Shown in pieces: positions 1-8,174 of a stretch of 64,000 nucleotides of DNA. How positions within the stretch are numbered: position 1 is the first letter of the stretch; every line of letters begins with the position of its first letter. Under the pieces are notes generated by a model. That model did not search any database, had not been told where the DNA came from, and was given only the letters and a program-made list of their open reading frames with translations. Made by a program: the position numbers and the translations under genes. The stretch is from an uncultured Gemmatimonadales bacterium. Lineage in GTDB: Bacteria > Gemmatimonadota > Gemmatimonadetes > Longimicrobiales > RSA9. The DNA lies in contig CAWFKH010000003.1 in the NCBI GenBank assembly GCA_963816355.1, positions 1,440,001 to 1,504,000 on the forward strand, in the 5' to 3' direction.

Positions 1-393
1 GTGCCGGCGAGGATCACGTTGTTCGGATTCCCGGACAGGGAGGCGCGCGTGCACGTGGCCGCACGCTCCGGCGGCTGGCGGGCGGGACACGCGCTGCTCT
101 GGCTGGGGCTCTGCTGGGCGCTCGTGCCGATCGTCGTCTTCATCCCACCGCACGTGCCGTGGGCGGCCGGGGCGTTCCTCACCGGCATCTACATGGCGCA
201 CCGCAAGGCGACGGAGGCGTACACCCTGCTCGATCTCCACGGCGAATGCCCGAAGTGCGGCGCGCCCCAGGTGATCGAGAGCGCGGTCAAGCTCAAGCGA
301 CCTCACCCGCTGACGTGCGAGCGGTGCCATCAGGACCTGCTGCTGCGAACCGACCCCGACCCCGCCTCCGAGGCGGAACGCAGCGCGGCGTGA
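1..393 (+). CDS. Small membrane protein with C-terminal zinc ribbon (start may lie outside the window)
   Basis: Two hydrophobic segments followed by CPKC...CERC. Confidence 0.6.
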   Translation: MPARITLFGFPDREARVHVAARSGGWRAGHALLWLGLCWALVPIVVFIPPHVPWAAGAFLTGIYMAHRKATEAYTLLDLHGECPKCGAPQVIESAVKLKRPHPLTCERCHQDLLLRTDPDPASEAERSAA

Positions 394-426
394 GTCGCAC
401 GACGCGCGGATGCGCGTGACGCAGCC

Positions 427-1056
427 GTGAACTTCACGCTTCTCGCGTTCAGCTCGCTGCTGGCGATCGTCAATCCGCTGGCATCGGTGCCGCTCTATCT
501 CGCGCTCACGGCGAGCTACACGGCGCGCCAGCGGCACAGGACGCTGTGGCGCGCGGTCGTGACGGGCACCATCATCCTCATCGCGTTCGCGACCTTCGGG
601 ACCGGCATTCTCAACTTCTTCGGCGTGACGACGCAGGCGTTCAAGATCGCCGGCGGCATTCTCTTCTTCTTCATCGGCTGGGACATGCTCGAGGCGAAAC
701 GCTCGCCTCGCGGCAAGGTGACGCCGGAGGAGGAGGTCGAGAGCGCCGCGAAGGAGGACATTGGCATCATTCCCCTCGGGATGCCCGGCCTCGTCGGACC
801 CGGCGCGATCACGACGGTCATCGCGCTCGCCGGACAGCGCCCCGGCTTCGCCAACATCGGCGCCCTTCTGGCCGCGGTCGTGGCGGTGATGGTCGTGAGC
901 GGCGTCGTGCTGCTCGGCGCGCCGCTGCTGCTCCGCACCTTCGGTCGCACCGGGCTGAACGTGATGACGCGGCTGATGGGGCTCCTGGTGATGGTGATCG
1001 GCGTTCAGTTCGTCATCGACGGCATCGGCGTCGTGGTGGCGGGGATGCGGACGTAG
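427..1056 (+). CDS. MarC family integral membrane protein
   Basis: IVNPL, FKIAGGIL and IIPLGMPGLVGPGAI motifs; about 6 TM helices. Confidence 0.9.
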   Translation: MNFTLLAFSSLLAIVNPLASVPLYLALTASYTARQRHRTLWRAVVTGTIILIAFATFGTGILNFFGVTTQAFKIAGGILFFFIGWDMLEAKRSPRGKVTPEEEVESAAKEDIGIIPLGMPGLVGPGAITTVIALAGQRPGFANIGALLAAVVAVMVVSGVVLLGAPLLLRTFGRTGLNVMTRLMGLLVMVIGVQFVIDGIGVVVAGMRT

Positions 1057-1082
1057 CGCGAGGAGGCGCCCGGGGGCTGCAA

Positions 1083-1114
1083 GAAAGGGCCGGCCCGCGA
1101 CGGGCCGGCCCTTT
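1083..1114. terminator. Bidirectional intrinsic terminator between convergent marC and csp
   Basis: GAAAGGGCCGGCCCG-cga-CGGGCCGGCCCTTTC inverted repeat. Confidence 0.8.
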
Positions 1115-1138
1115 CCTGCATGAGGTGTGGCGGTTTTC

Positions 1139-1348
1139 TCAGCCGAGACGCGCCACGTTCGCGGCGGCCGGACCCTTGGGGTTGTCCACGACGTCGAACT
1201 CGACGCGCTCGCCCTCGGCCAGGCTCTTGAAGCCCGTACCCTGGATGGCGGAGTGGTGGACGAAGCAGTCCTTGTCGCCGTTGTCGGGCGTGATGAAGCC
1301 GAAGCCCTTGGCGTCGTTGAACCACTTCACGGTTCCGGTGGTACGCAT
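1139..1348 (-). CDS. cspA: Cold-shock protein (CspA family), 69 aa
   Basis: [15 protein letters not shown] (RNP1) and CFVHHSAI (RNP2); GGAG RBS upstream. Confidence 0.95.
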   Translation of the reverse strand: MRTTGTVKWFNDAKGFGFITPDNGDKDCFVHHSAIQGTGFKSLAEGERVEFDVVDNPKGPAAANVARLG

Positions 1349-1460
1349 GCTGGCACTCCCTGGTTCATGGATCGTCGGGGTCCGGCATGTCCCGCACCAA
1401 CCGACTCTTTGGGCGGGCCCCAATGCCCCCCGCCGTGGGCGCATCTCATGATCGGGTCGG

Positions 1461-1493
1461 AAAAAAAAAGAACCTGAGCGGAGCGCCCAGGTT
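1461..1493 (-). terminator. Intrinsic terminator-like element inside the csp 5' leader
   Basis: Minus strand AACCTGGGCG-CTC-CGCTCAGGTT then C and T9. Confidence 0.65.
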
Positions 1494-1554
1494 TCGGTCA
1501 CCTGCACCGGTCTTCTCGGCCAACGTGCCTGCAAAACCGCACCGCTAGCGCGAC

Positions 1555-1583
1555 AGGGTAACATCGTGGCGCGGTTTCGTCAA
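1555..1583 (-). promoter_or_regulatory. Putative sigma70 promoter of csp
   Basis: TTGACG-N17-TACCCT with TG extension. Confidence 0.55.
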
Positions 1584-1782
1584 GGAGGGCGCGGTCGGAG
1601 GCAGAGCTTGCTTGACGGCGTCGGGCGGCCGGTTCACGTTGCGGGGCCGGCGATCGGGCGGAGGTCGTCCGTCAGTCCGGGACGGCGGCGGGCGCTTGGC
1701 GGTCCGGCGCGGTGATCCGGTGGCCGCGGTGGCTCGGGTCTGCCTCCCGGAGCTCGAAACACACCCGAAACGACGGAAGACC

Positions 1783-3936
1783 ATGATGAGAAGCTGGCTT
1801 CCTCTGGTGACGCTCGGCGCGGCGGCGGTCGCTCTTCCGGCGCGCGCGCAGCAGCCGATTCGAGGCTTCCCCTCGTCGATGGTGGGCGAAGAGGCGCGGC
1901 GGGAGGAGCAGGCACGCGCGGTTCCGTCCCCCGACACGTTGCGCGAGCAGCTGCGGATTCTGAGCGAGGAGCCGCACGAGGCGGGCACGGCGCGCTCGAA
2001 ACACGTCGCGGAGCTGATCCTGGCGCGGTTCAGGTCGTACGGGCTGGAGGCGAAGATCGAGCCGCTGGAGGCGTTGATGCCACGGCCGGTGAAGCGGGTG
2101 CTGGAGCTGGTCACGCCCGGCAGCTACACCGCGGCGCTGAAGGAGCCGGCGATCGGGGAGGACAAGGACTCGGGGGACGCGAACCAGCTTCCGACGGCCA
2201 ACTTCTACTCGGCGGACGGTGACGTGACGGCGCCGCTGGTGTTCGTGAACTACGGGATCCCGGAGGATTACGAGGTTCTGGACAGCCTGGGCGTGAGCGT
2301 GAAGGGCAAGATCGTGATCGCGAAGTACGGGCATTCATGGCGCGGCATCAAGCCGAAGGTCGCGGCGGAGCACGGGGCGGTGGGCTGCATCATCTATTCG
2401 GATCCGGAGGACGACGGCTACCGGGTGGACGACGTGTACCCGCAGGGGCCGATGCGGCCGTGGCAGGGCGTCCAGCGTGGCAGCGTGATGGACATGCCGA
2501 CCTACCCGGGCGACCCGCTGTCGCCGGGCTTCGCCTCGGAGCCGGGGATGAAGCCGGGCGAGGGGCAGATGCTCGCGATATCGCGGGCGAAGACGATCAT
2601 GAAGATTCCGGTGCTCCCGATCTCGTACGGCGATGCACAACACTTCCTGCAGGTGCTGGGCGGCAAGACGGTGCCGCGGCGGTGGGAGGGCGCGCTGCCG
2701 TTCACGTACCACGTCGGCGGCACGGACAGCGTGCAGGTGCACCTGGCGCTCGCCTTCGACTGGCAGGAACGGCCGCTGTACGACGTGATCGCGACGATCC
2801 CCGGGGCGCGCTCGCCGGACCAGTGGATTATCTACGGCAATCATCACGACGCGTGGGTGAACGGCGCGGAGGACCCGCTGTCGGGACAGGTCGCGCTGGG
2901 CGAGACGGCGCGCGCGCTCGGCACGCTGCTGGCGAGCGGCTGGCGGCCGGCGCGAACGATCGTGCTGGCGGCGTGGGACGGCGAGGAGTGGGGGCTGCTC
3001 GGCTCGACGGAGTGGGCGGAGAAGCACCAGGACGAGCTGAAGCAGAAGGGCGTCGTCTACCTGAACAGCGATACCAACGCGCGCGGTTGGCTGGGCATCT
3101 CGGGCTCGCACTCTCTGCAGGAGTTCGCGCGCCAGCTCGCGCGCGACATCCGCGATCCGGACTCCGGGAAGAGCGCGCTCGATGCGCGTCTGGAGCACAC
3201 GCGCGACTCCGTCTACGCGATCGGCGCGCTCGGGTCTGGATCCGACTATACGGTGTATCTCGATTATCTCGGCCTCGCCTCGCTGAGCGCGTCCTACGGT
3301 GGCAAGCAGCAGGCCGGCATCTACCACTCGATCTACGACAGCTTCGACTTCTACACCCGTTTCCTCGATCCGACGTTCGCCTACGAAGCGACGGAGTCCA
3401 GGACGCTCGCGACCGCACTGCTCCGCCTCGCGGACGCGCCGGTGCTGCCGTTCGAGTTCACGCAGGCGGAGAAGACGTACCGCGACTATGCCGACGAGAT
3501 CGCGAAGGAAGCGGCGAAGAAGCCGACGGTGAACGGGCTGGACCTCGGCGCCGTGTACACGGCGCTCGACCGCCTGAAGGCCGCGGCCACGCGCTACGAG
3601 GCGGTCTACGCGCGCACGGACGACCTCACGCCGCGGGAAGTGGGGCGGCGCTGGAAGGCGATCGCGGCGGCGAACCGGACGCTCTACCTGAGCGAACGGG
3701 CGCTGAGCGACGACGCCGGCCTGCCGAATCGCGACTGGTTCCGCCATCTGATCTACGCGCCCGGCTTCTACACCGGATACGGCGTGAAGACGATGCCGGG
3801 CATCCGGGAGGCGGTCGAGGACCGGCCGGACCTGGCGACGGCCAACGCGCAGGCACGGCGCGTCGCGGCCGCGCTGGACCGCTACGCCGGCGCGGTGGAG
3901 ATGGCGGCGCAGCAGCTCGAGGCGGCGCTCCGGTGA
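1783..3936 (+). CDS. Secreted M28 metallopeptidase (glutamate carboxypeptidase II-like; PA and transferrin-receptor dimerisation domains)
   Basis: Signal peptide; GNHHDAW, GAEDP, WDGEEWGLLGS, GSGSDY and YHS motifs. Confidence 0.9.
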   Translation: MMRSWLPLVTLGAAAVALPARAQQPIRGFPSSMVGEEARREEQARAVPSPDTLREQLRILSEEPHEAGTARSKHVAELILARFRSYGLEAKIEPLEALMPRPVKRVLELVTPGSYTAALKEPAIGEDKDSGDANQLPTANFYSADGDVTAPLVFVNYGIPEDYEVLDSLGVSVKGKIVIAKYGHSWRGIKPKVAAEHGAVGCIIYSDPEDDGYRVDDVYPQGPMRPWQGVQRGSVMDMPTYPGDPLSPGFASEPGMKPGEGQMLAISRAKTIMKIPVLPISYGDAQHFLQVLGGKTVPRRWEGALPFTYHVGGTDSVQVHLALAFDWQERPLYDVIATIPGARSPDQWIIYGNHHDAWVNGAEDPLSGQVALGETARALGTLLASGWRPARTIVLAAWDGEEWGLLGSTEWAEKHQDELKQKGVVYLNSDTNARGWLGISGSHSLQEFARQLARDIRDPDSGKSALDARLEHTRDSVYAIGALGSGSDYTVYLDYLGLASLSASYGGKQQAGIYHSIYDSFDFYTRFLDPTFAYEATESRTLATALLRLADAPVLPFEFTQAEKTYRDYADEIAKEAAKKPTVNGLDLGAVYTALDRLKAAATRYEAVYARTDDLTPREVGRRWKAIAAANRTLYLSERALSDDAGLPNRDWFRHLIYAPGFYTGYGVKTMPGIREAVEDRPDLATANAQARRVAAALDRYAGAVEMAAQQLEAALR

Positions 3937-3946
3937 CACCGTCGGT

Positions 3947-3975
3947 TTGACACGCCGACGGCGCCCCCCTACTCT
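3947..3975 (+). promoter_or_regulatory. Putative sigma70 promoter giving a leaderless mRNA for the RAPP leader ORF
   Basis: TTGACA-N17-TACTCT, then 7 nt to ATG 3983; -35 flanked by CCGTCGG/CCGACGG inverted repeat. Confidence 0.6.
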
Positions 3976-3982
3976 CGCGCAC

Positions 3983-4315
3983 ATGCTACGCTCGGTCCGA
4001 AGGACGAAGAGATGGGCGGCGGCGCCGCTGTTGGCGATCCTGATCGTCGCCAGCACCGTCTTCTCCATTCTGGACCGCGGTCTGTTCGGCAGGGGCGCGA
4101 CCATCAGCGACGGCTCCGTCCCGCCACCCTCCGCGGTGGCGCACGACCACGACCTGTGTGTCGTGTTCCACGCCAATCCGGGCCTGCCGCAATCGCCCTC
4201 GCATCTGCGCGAGAGGACGACCGCGGCTGCGAGCGTACCACCCGCAGCACCCTTCACGCCCGCCTTCCGGGAGCGGAACCGCACCTGTCAGTCACGGGCT
4301 CCACCACTGGCCTGA
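3983..4315 (+). CDS. DUF2946/CruR-like leader protein with RAPP arrest motif
   Basis: N-terminal export signal/TM, HDHDLCVVFH, C-terminal SRAPPLA; lies directly upstream of metal-uptake genes. Confidence 0.7.
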   Translation: MLRSVRRTKRWAAAPLLAILIVASTVFSILDRGLFGRGATISDGSVPPPSAVAHDHDLCVVFHANPGLPQSPSHLRERTTAAASVPPAAPFTPAFRERNRTCQSRAPPLA

Positions 4316-4379
4316 TCCGTCGCATGGCCCCCTTCGCGTCGCGGAGGGGTCAACGAAGGAACAGCCGGAGGAGAAACCC

Positions 4380-5765
4380 GTGCACGTCCTCAGAGGAGGG
4401 CGGCGCCTGCTCGTCGCAGTCGCGATGGCCATCGCGCCGCTGGTAACGCCCGCGCCGGGCGCGGGGCAGCAGCCCGTCCGCGTCGACTCGCTGCGCGATG
4501 AAGTGCGAATCCTGCGAGCCCAGCTCGACACTCTCAGAGCGATGATTCGGGCGATGGCGCCGCGAGCCGTGCCGGCGGCGCCGGAGGCGCCCGGGGCAAC
4601 GCCGGCCGCGCCGGCGGCCGCGGCCGGCGCGGACACATCGAACGCGCTCGCGGCCCTGCGCGCGGCAGCCGCCGCCGCGGCCGGCACGGACACGACGGAG
4701 CTGAAGGCGCCGCAGTCGAACCCGAACGTCGAGTTCGTGGGCCGCCAGCGGAACCTGTCGGTCTTCAACCCGGAGATGAGCGTCACGGGCGATCTCTTCG
4801 CCGTCGTCAACTCCGACGACGCGTCGTCGGACAATTTCGTCCCGCGCGAGTTCGAGCTGGCGTTCCAGTCCAACCTGGATCCGTATTCGCGGGCGAAGAT
4901 CTTCGCCAGTTATCACAACCCGGGGGCTGAGATCCTGCCATTTCCGGAGCCGGGACCGGGCGAGGGAAGCAGCACGGAGGTGGAGGAAGGATACGTCGAA
5001 TGGGTGAACCTGCCGGGAGGCCTCGGCCTCACGGTTGGCAAGTTCCGGCAGCAGTTCGGCGTGCTGAACCGCTGGCATCCGCACGCGCTCCCCGGCCAGA
5101 TGCTCCCCCTTCCCTACCTCGCGTTCTTCGGTGAGGAGGGGCTGGTACAGACCGGTGCATCGGTGCACTGGCTGCTGCCGATCCACGGCTTCGGAACGTA
5201 CGAGGCGTGGGGTCAGCTCACGCGCAGCAGCGACGACGCGCTGTTCGGCGACTCGCACCGCCTGAGCGTCCTCGGCCACTTCAACGCCTTCTTTCCGCTC
5301 TCGCGCGCCAGCTACTTCGAGCTCGGGCTGTCCGCCGTGGGAGGATCGCATCGCGGCGCGCTGCCGGAGGAGGACTACGGTACGACCGTCTACGGTCTCA
5401 ATTTTTCCTTCGATTGGCGACCGCCGAACCGGGCGCTCTATCGGGAGCTGACGGTGCGCGGCGGGGCGCTGGCGGACCGGCGCTCGCTGGACGCGGGCGC
5501 GACGGACGCGTGGGGCGGCTTCGTCATCGGCGAGTACAAGCTGGGGCAGCAGTGGATCGGCGGCGCGCGCTACGAATACACGCAGGACCCGGCGGACCCG
5601 GATCGCCACGCCAGGCTGTTCGCGCCGACACTGACGTGGTGGCAGAGCGAGTTCGTACGGGTGAGGGCGGAGTACGATTTCCTGGACAGGCCGGGAGGCC
5701 GCCTGAACCAGTTCCTCATCCAGACGACGTTCGCGATGGGGCCGCACAAGCACGAGACGTACTGA
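4380..5765 (+). CDS. Outer-membrane beta-barrel porin-like protein of a metal uptake operon
   Basis: GGAGGAG RBS and GTG start, signal peptide, coiled coil, amphipathic beta strands, NRWHPH and C-terminal GPHKHETY. Confidence 0.7.
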   Translation: MHVLRGGRRLLVAVAMAIAPLVTPAPGAGQQPVRVDSLRDEVRILRAQLDTLRAMIRAMAPRAVPAAPEAPGATPAAPAAAAGADTSNALAALRAAAAAAAGTDTTELKAPQSNPNVEFVGRQRNLSVFNPEMSVTGDLFAVVNSDDASSDNFVPREFELAFQSNLDPYSRAKIFASYHNPGAEILPFPEPGPGEGSSTEVEEGYVEWVNLPGGLGLTVGKFRQQFGVLNRWHPHALPGQMLPLPYLAFFGEEGLVQTGASVHWLLPIHGFGTYEAWGQLTRSSDDALFGDSHRLSVLGHFNAFFPLSRASYFELGLSAVGGSHRGALPEEDYGTTVYGLNFSFDWRPPNRALYRELTVRGGALADRRSLDAGATDAWGGFVIGEYKLGQQWIGGARYEYTQDPADPDRHARLFAPTLTWWQSEFVRVRAEYDFLDRPGGRLNQFLIQTTFAMGPHKHETY

Positions 5766-5845
5766 GCGCGCGGCGGCGCGACGGCGCCGCCGAAGAGACG
5801 GGAGCCCGAGAGGCTCCGCGTGGATCGAGCAAAGGAGTGACGGAA

Positions 5846-6967
5846 ATGAGGTTCATCGGAGCATTGATGCTGGCGGGGATCGCCGCTGCGGGCGTTCCGG
5901 GCGCCGCGGCAGCGCGGTCGGCAGGGCCGCCGGCGATCGAGCGCGAAGCGCGCCTTCCGGGCGGCCTCGCCCCCAACGCGGCGGCCGCGGCGCCCGTGAA
6001 GGTGGTGGCGACGCTGCCGGTCTACGCGTCGATCGTGCGCGCGATCGGGGGTGACCAGGTCGACGTCGTATCGATCGCGGATCCGCACGAGGACTCGCAC
6101 TTCGTGCGGCCGAAGCCGAGCTTCGCGGCGAAGCTGAGGCAGGCGGACATGTTCATCACGACGGGGCTCGACCTGGAGCTGTGGGCGCCGCCGCTGCTGG
6201 ACAAGGCAAGCAACGCAAAGGTGTCCGAGGGCGGCGTCGGCTACGTCACGGCGTACACCGGGATCCATCTTCTCGACGTGCCCTCGGCCGCGGACCGCGC
6301 GGCAGGCGACATCCACATCTACGGCAATCCGCACGTCTACACGGATCCACTGAACGCGCTGCAGGTGGCGCGCAACATCACCACCGGACTGAAGCGCGTC
6401 GCACCGGACCGAGCGGCGGTCTGGGAGCGTGGGCTCGCCGCGTTCACGGACGCGGTCTACAAGCGCCTCTTCGGCGATGCGCTGGTGGGACTGCTCGGGG
6501 GCCCCACGCTCGAGAAGCTCTCGCGCTCCGGCAACTTCTACGATTTCCTGGGGAAGACGCCGTATCAGGGCAAGCCGCTGATCGACCGCCTCGGCGGCTG
6601 GCTCGGCACCGCGCAGGCGTTCCGCGGCAAGGACCTCATCTGCTACCACAAGAACTGGGCCTACTTCGAGGACCGTTTCGAGGTGAAGTGCGTGGACTAC
6701 ATCGAGGCGAAGCCGGGGATCCCGCCGACGCCGGGACACGTCGCGGACCTGATCCAGCTGATGAAGAAGCAGGGCATCCAGGTGATGATCGCCGCCACGT
6801 ATTTCGGCCAGCAGAAGGTGGCGACGGTCGCCAACCGCGCGGGCGCGAAGTACGTGATGATGCCCATGGAGCCGGGCGACCAGCCCGGCGAAGGGACCTA
6901 CTTCGACATGGTCGACCGCTGGGTGAACGGTCTGGCCACCGCCTTCCACTCGGTCAGCAGCCAGTAA
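5846..6967 (+). CDS. Metal ABC transporter substrate-binding protein (ZnuA/TroA cluster A-I)
   Basis: VVATLP, DSHFVRP, GNPHVY, YHKNW and EAKPGIPP motifs. Confidence 0.9.
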   Translation: MRFIGALMLAGIAAAGVPGAAAARSAGPPAIEREARLPGGLAPNAAAAAPVKVVATLPVYASIVRAIGGDQVDVVSIADPHEDSHFVRPKPSFAAKLRQADMFITTGLDLELWAPPLLDKASNAKVSEGGVGYVTAYTGIHLLDVPSAADRAAGDIHIYGNPHVYTDPLNALQVARNITTGLKRVAPDRAAVWERGLAAFTDAVYKRLFGDALVGLLGGPTLEKLSRSGNFYDFLGKTPYQGKPLIDRLGGWLGTAQAFRGKDLICYHKNWAYFEDRFEVKCVDYIEAKPGIPPTPGHVADLIQLMKKQGIQVMIAATYFGQQKVATVANRAGAKYVMMPMEPGDQPGEGTYFDMVDRWVNGLATAFHSVSSQ

Positions 6968-6985
6968 GGGAAACGAGGAAGACCC

Positions 6986-7843
6986 ATGCTCGACCTGTTC
7001 ATCGTACCGTTCGCCGCGGCGCTCATCATCCTCGCCATGAACGCCTACTTCGGTATCCACGTCATCCGGCGCGGCGTCATCTTCGTCGACCTGGCGTTCG
7101 CGCAGATCGCCGCGGTCGGCAGCACGCTCGCGCTGCTCTTCGGCGCCGAGCCGGGCACGCCGCTCGCCTACCTGTTCGCCTTCGGCTTCACGCTCTTCGG
7201 CGCGCTGCTCTTCAGCTACACGCGCATGGAAAACTCGCGCGTGCCGCAGGAGGCGATCATCGGCATCAGCTACGTGGTCGCGTCCGCCGCCGTGATCCTG
7301 CTCGCGAGCTTCACGGCAGAGGGCGCCGAGCACATCAAGGAGACGCTCACCGGATCGCTGATCTGGGCGACGTGGCCGACGGTCCTCGAGCTGGGCGGCG
7401 TCTACGCCCTCGTCGCCCTCTTCCACTACGTCTTCCGACGGCCGCTTCTCGCAACGACGTTCGGCCCCGACACGGTGCGCAACGTCCGCCTCTGGGACTT
7501 CATCTTCTATCTGACGTTCGGCGTCGCCGTGACGTTCTCCGTCACGCTGGCGGGCGTGCTGATGATCTTCAGCACCCTGGTGATCCCGGCCGTGATCGCG
7601 TTCCTCTACGCGAGCCGCTTCGTGCCCGTGCTCCTGATCGCATGGCTCAGCGGCGCGATCGCGATCGCCGGGGGCCTGGTCGTGTCGTTCGTGTGGGACC
7701 TGACGACCGGGCCGCTGCTCGTCTGCGCGTTCGGCGTCACGCTCGTGCTCGCCGCTGCGCTGCGACCGCTCCTGACGCGCGGCGGCGGGACCGAGCGTCG
7801 TCCGGAAAGCTCGCGTCCACCGGCGGAGTCCGTGGCTTCGTGA
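6986..7843 (+). CDS. Metal ABC transporter permease (ZnuB/ABC-3 family)
   Basis: GIHVIRRGVIFVDLAFAQIAA, EAIIGISY; polytopic membrane protein. Confidence 0.88.
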   Translation: MLDLFIVPFAAALIILAMNAYFGIHVIRRGVIFVDLAFAQIAAVGSTLALLFGAEPGTPLAYLFAFGFTLFGALLFSYTRMENSRVPQEAIIGISYVVASAAVILLASFTAEGAEHIKETLTGSLIWATWPTVLELGGVYALVALFHYVFRRPLLATTFGPDTVRNVRLWDFIFYLTFGVAVTFSVTLAGVLMIFSTLVIPAVIAFLYASRFVPVLLIAWLSGAIAIAGGLVVSFVWDLTTGPLLVCAFGVTLVLAAALRPLLTRGGGTERRPESSRPPAESVAS

Positions 7844-8040
7844 CCCGCGCGGTGCCCTGAACGCGGGGGCGACCTCCCGCTTCGGTCGCCCCACAGCCCG
7901 AATGCGCCGGCTGGCGGATTCCTCGAAGGCAGCGCCGATTACGTCCCCGGTCAGAACACATCGACGGATGAGGCGCTGCCCTCGATACCGCCCTTCGGGC
8001 CCGCGACCTGAGCCACGAGCCGCCGGCCCGGACGTATCCC

Positions 8041-8145
8041 TCAGACCCCCGTACCCCAGACCCCCCTCAGACCCCCGTACCCCAGACCCCCCTCAGACCC
8101 CCATACCCCAGACCCCCCGCAGACCCCCTCCCCAGACCCCAGACC
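8041..8145. repeat. 26-bp tandem repeat (3 copies plus degenerate tail), C-rich on plus and G-rich on minus
   Basis: TCAGACCCCC(G/A)TACCCCAGACCCCCC at 8041, 8067 and 8093. Confidence 0.9.
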
Positions 8146-8174
8146 GCTCTGCCCGACCGCCCTCCCAAACCCCC

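Noticed and set aside
1461..1550. tRNA or SRP RNA upstream of csp
   Set aside because: No cloverleaf or T-loop and no SRP helix-8 motif recognised
8041..8145. CRISPR array
   Set aside because: The repeats are contiguous with no unique spacers and there are no cas genes
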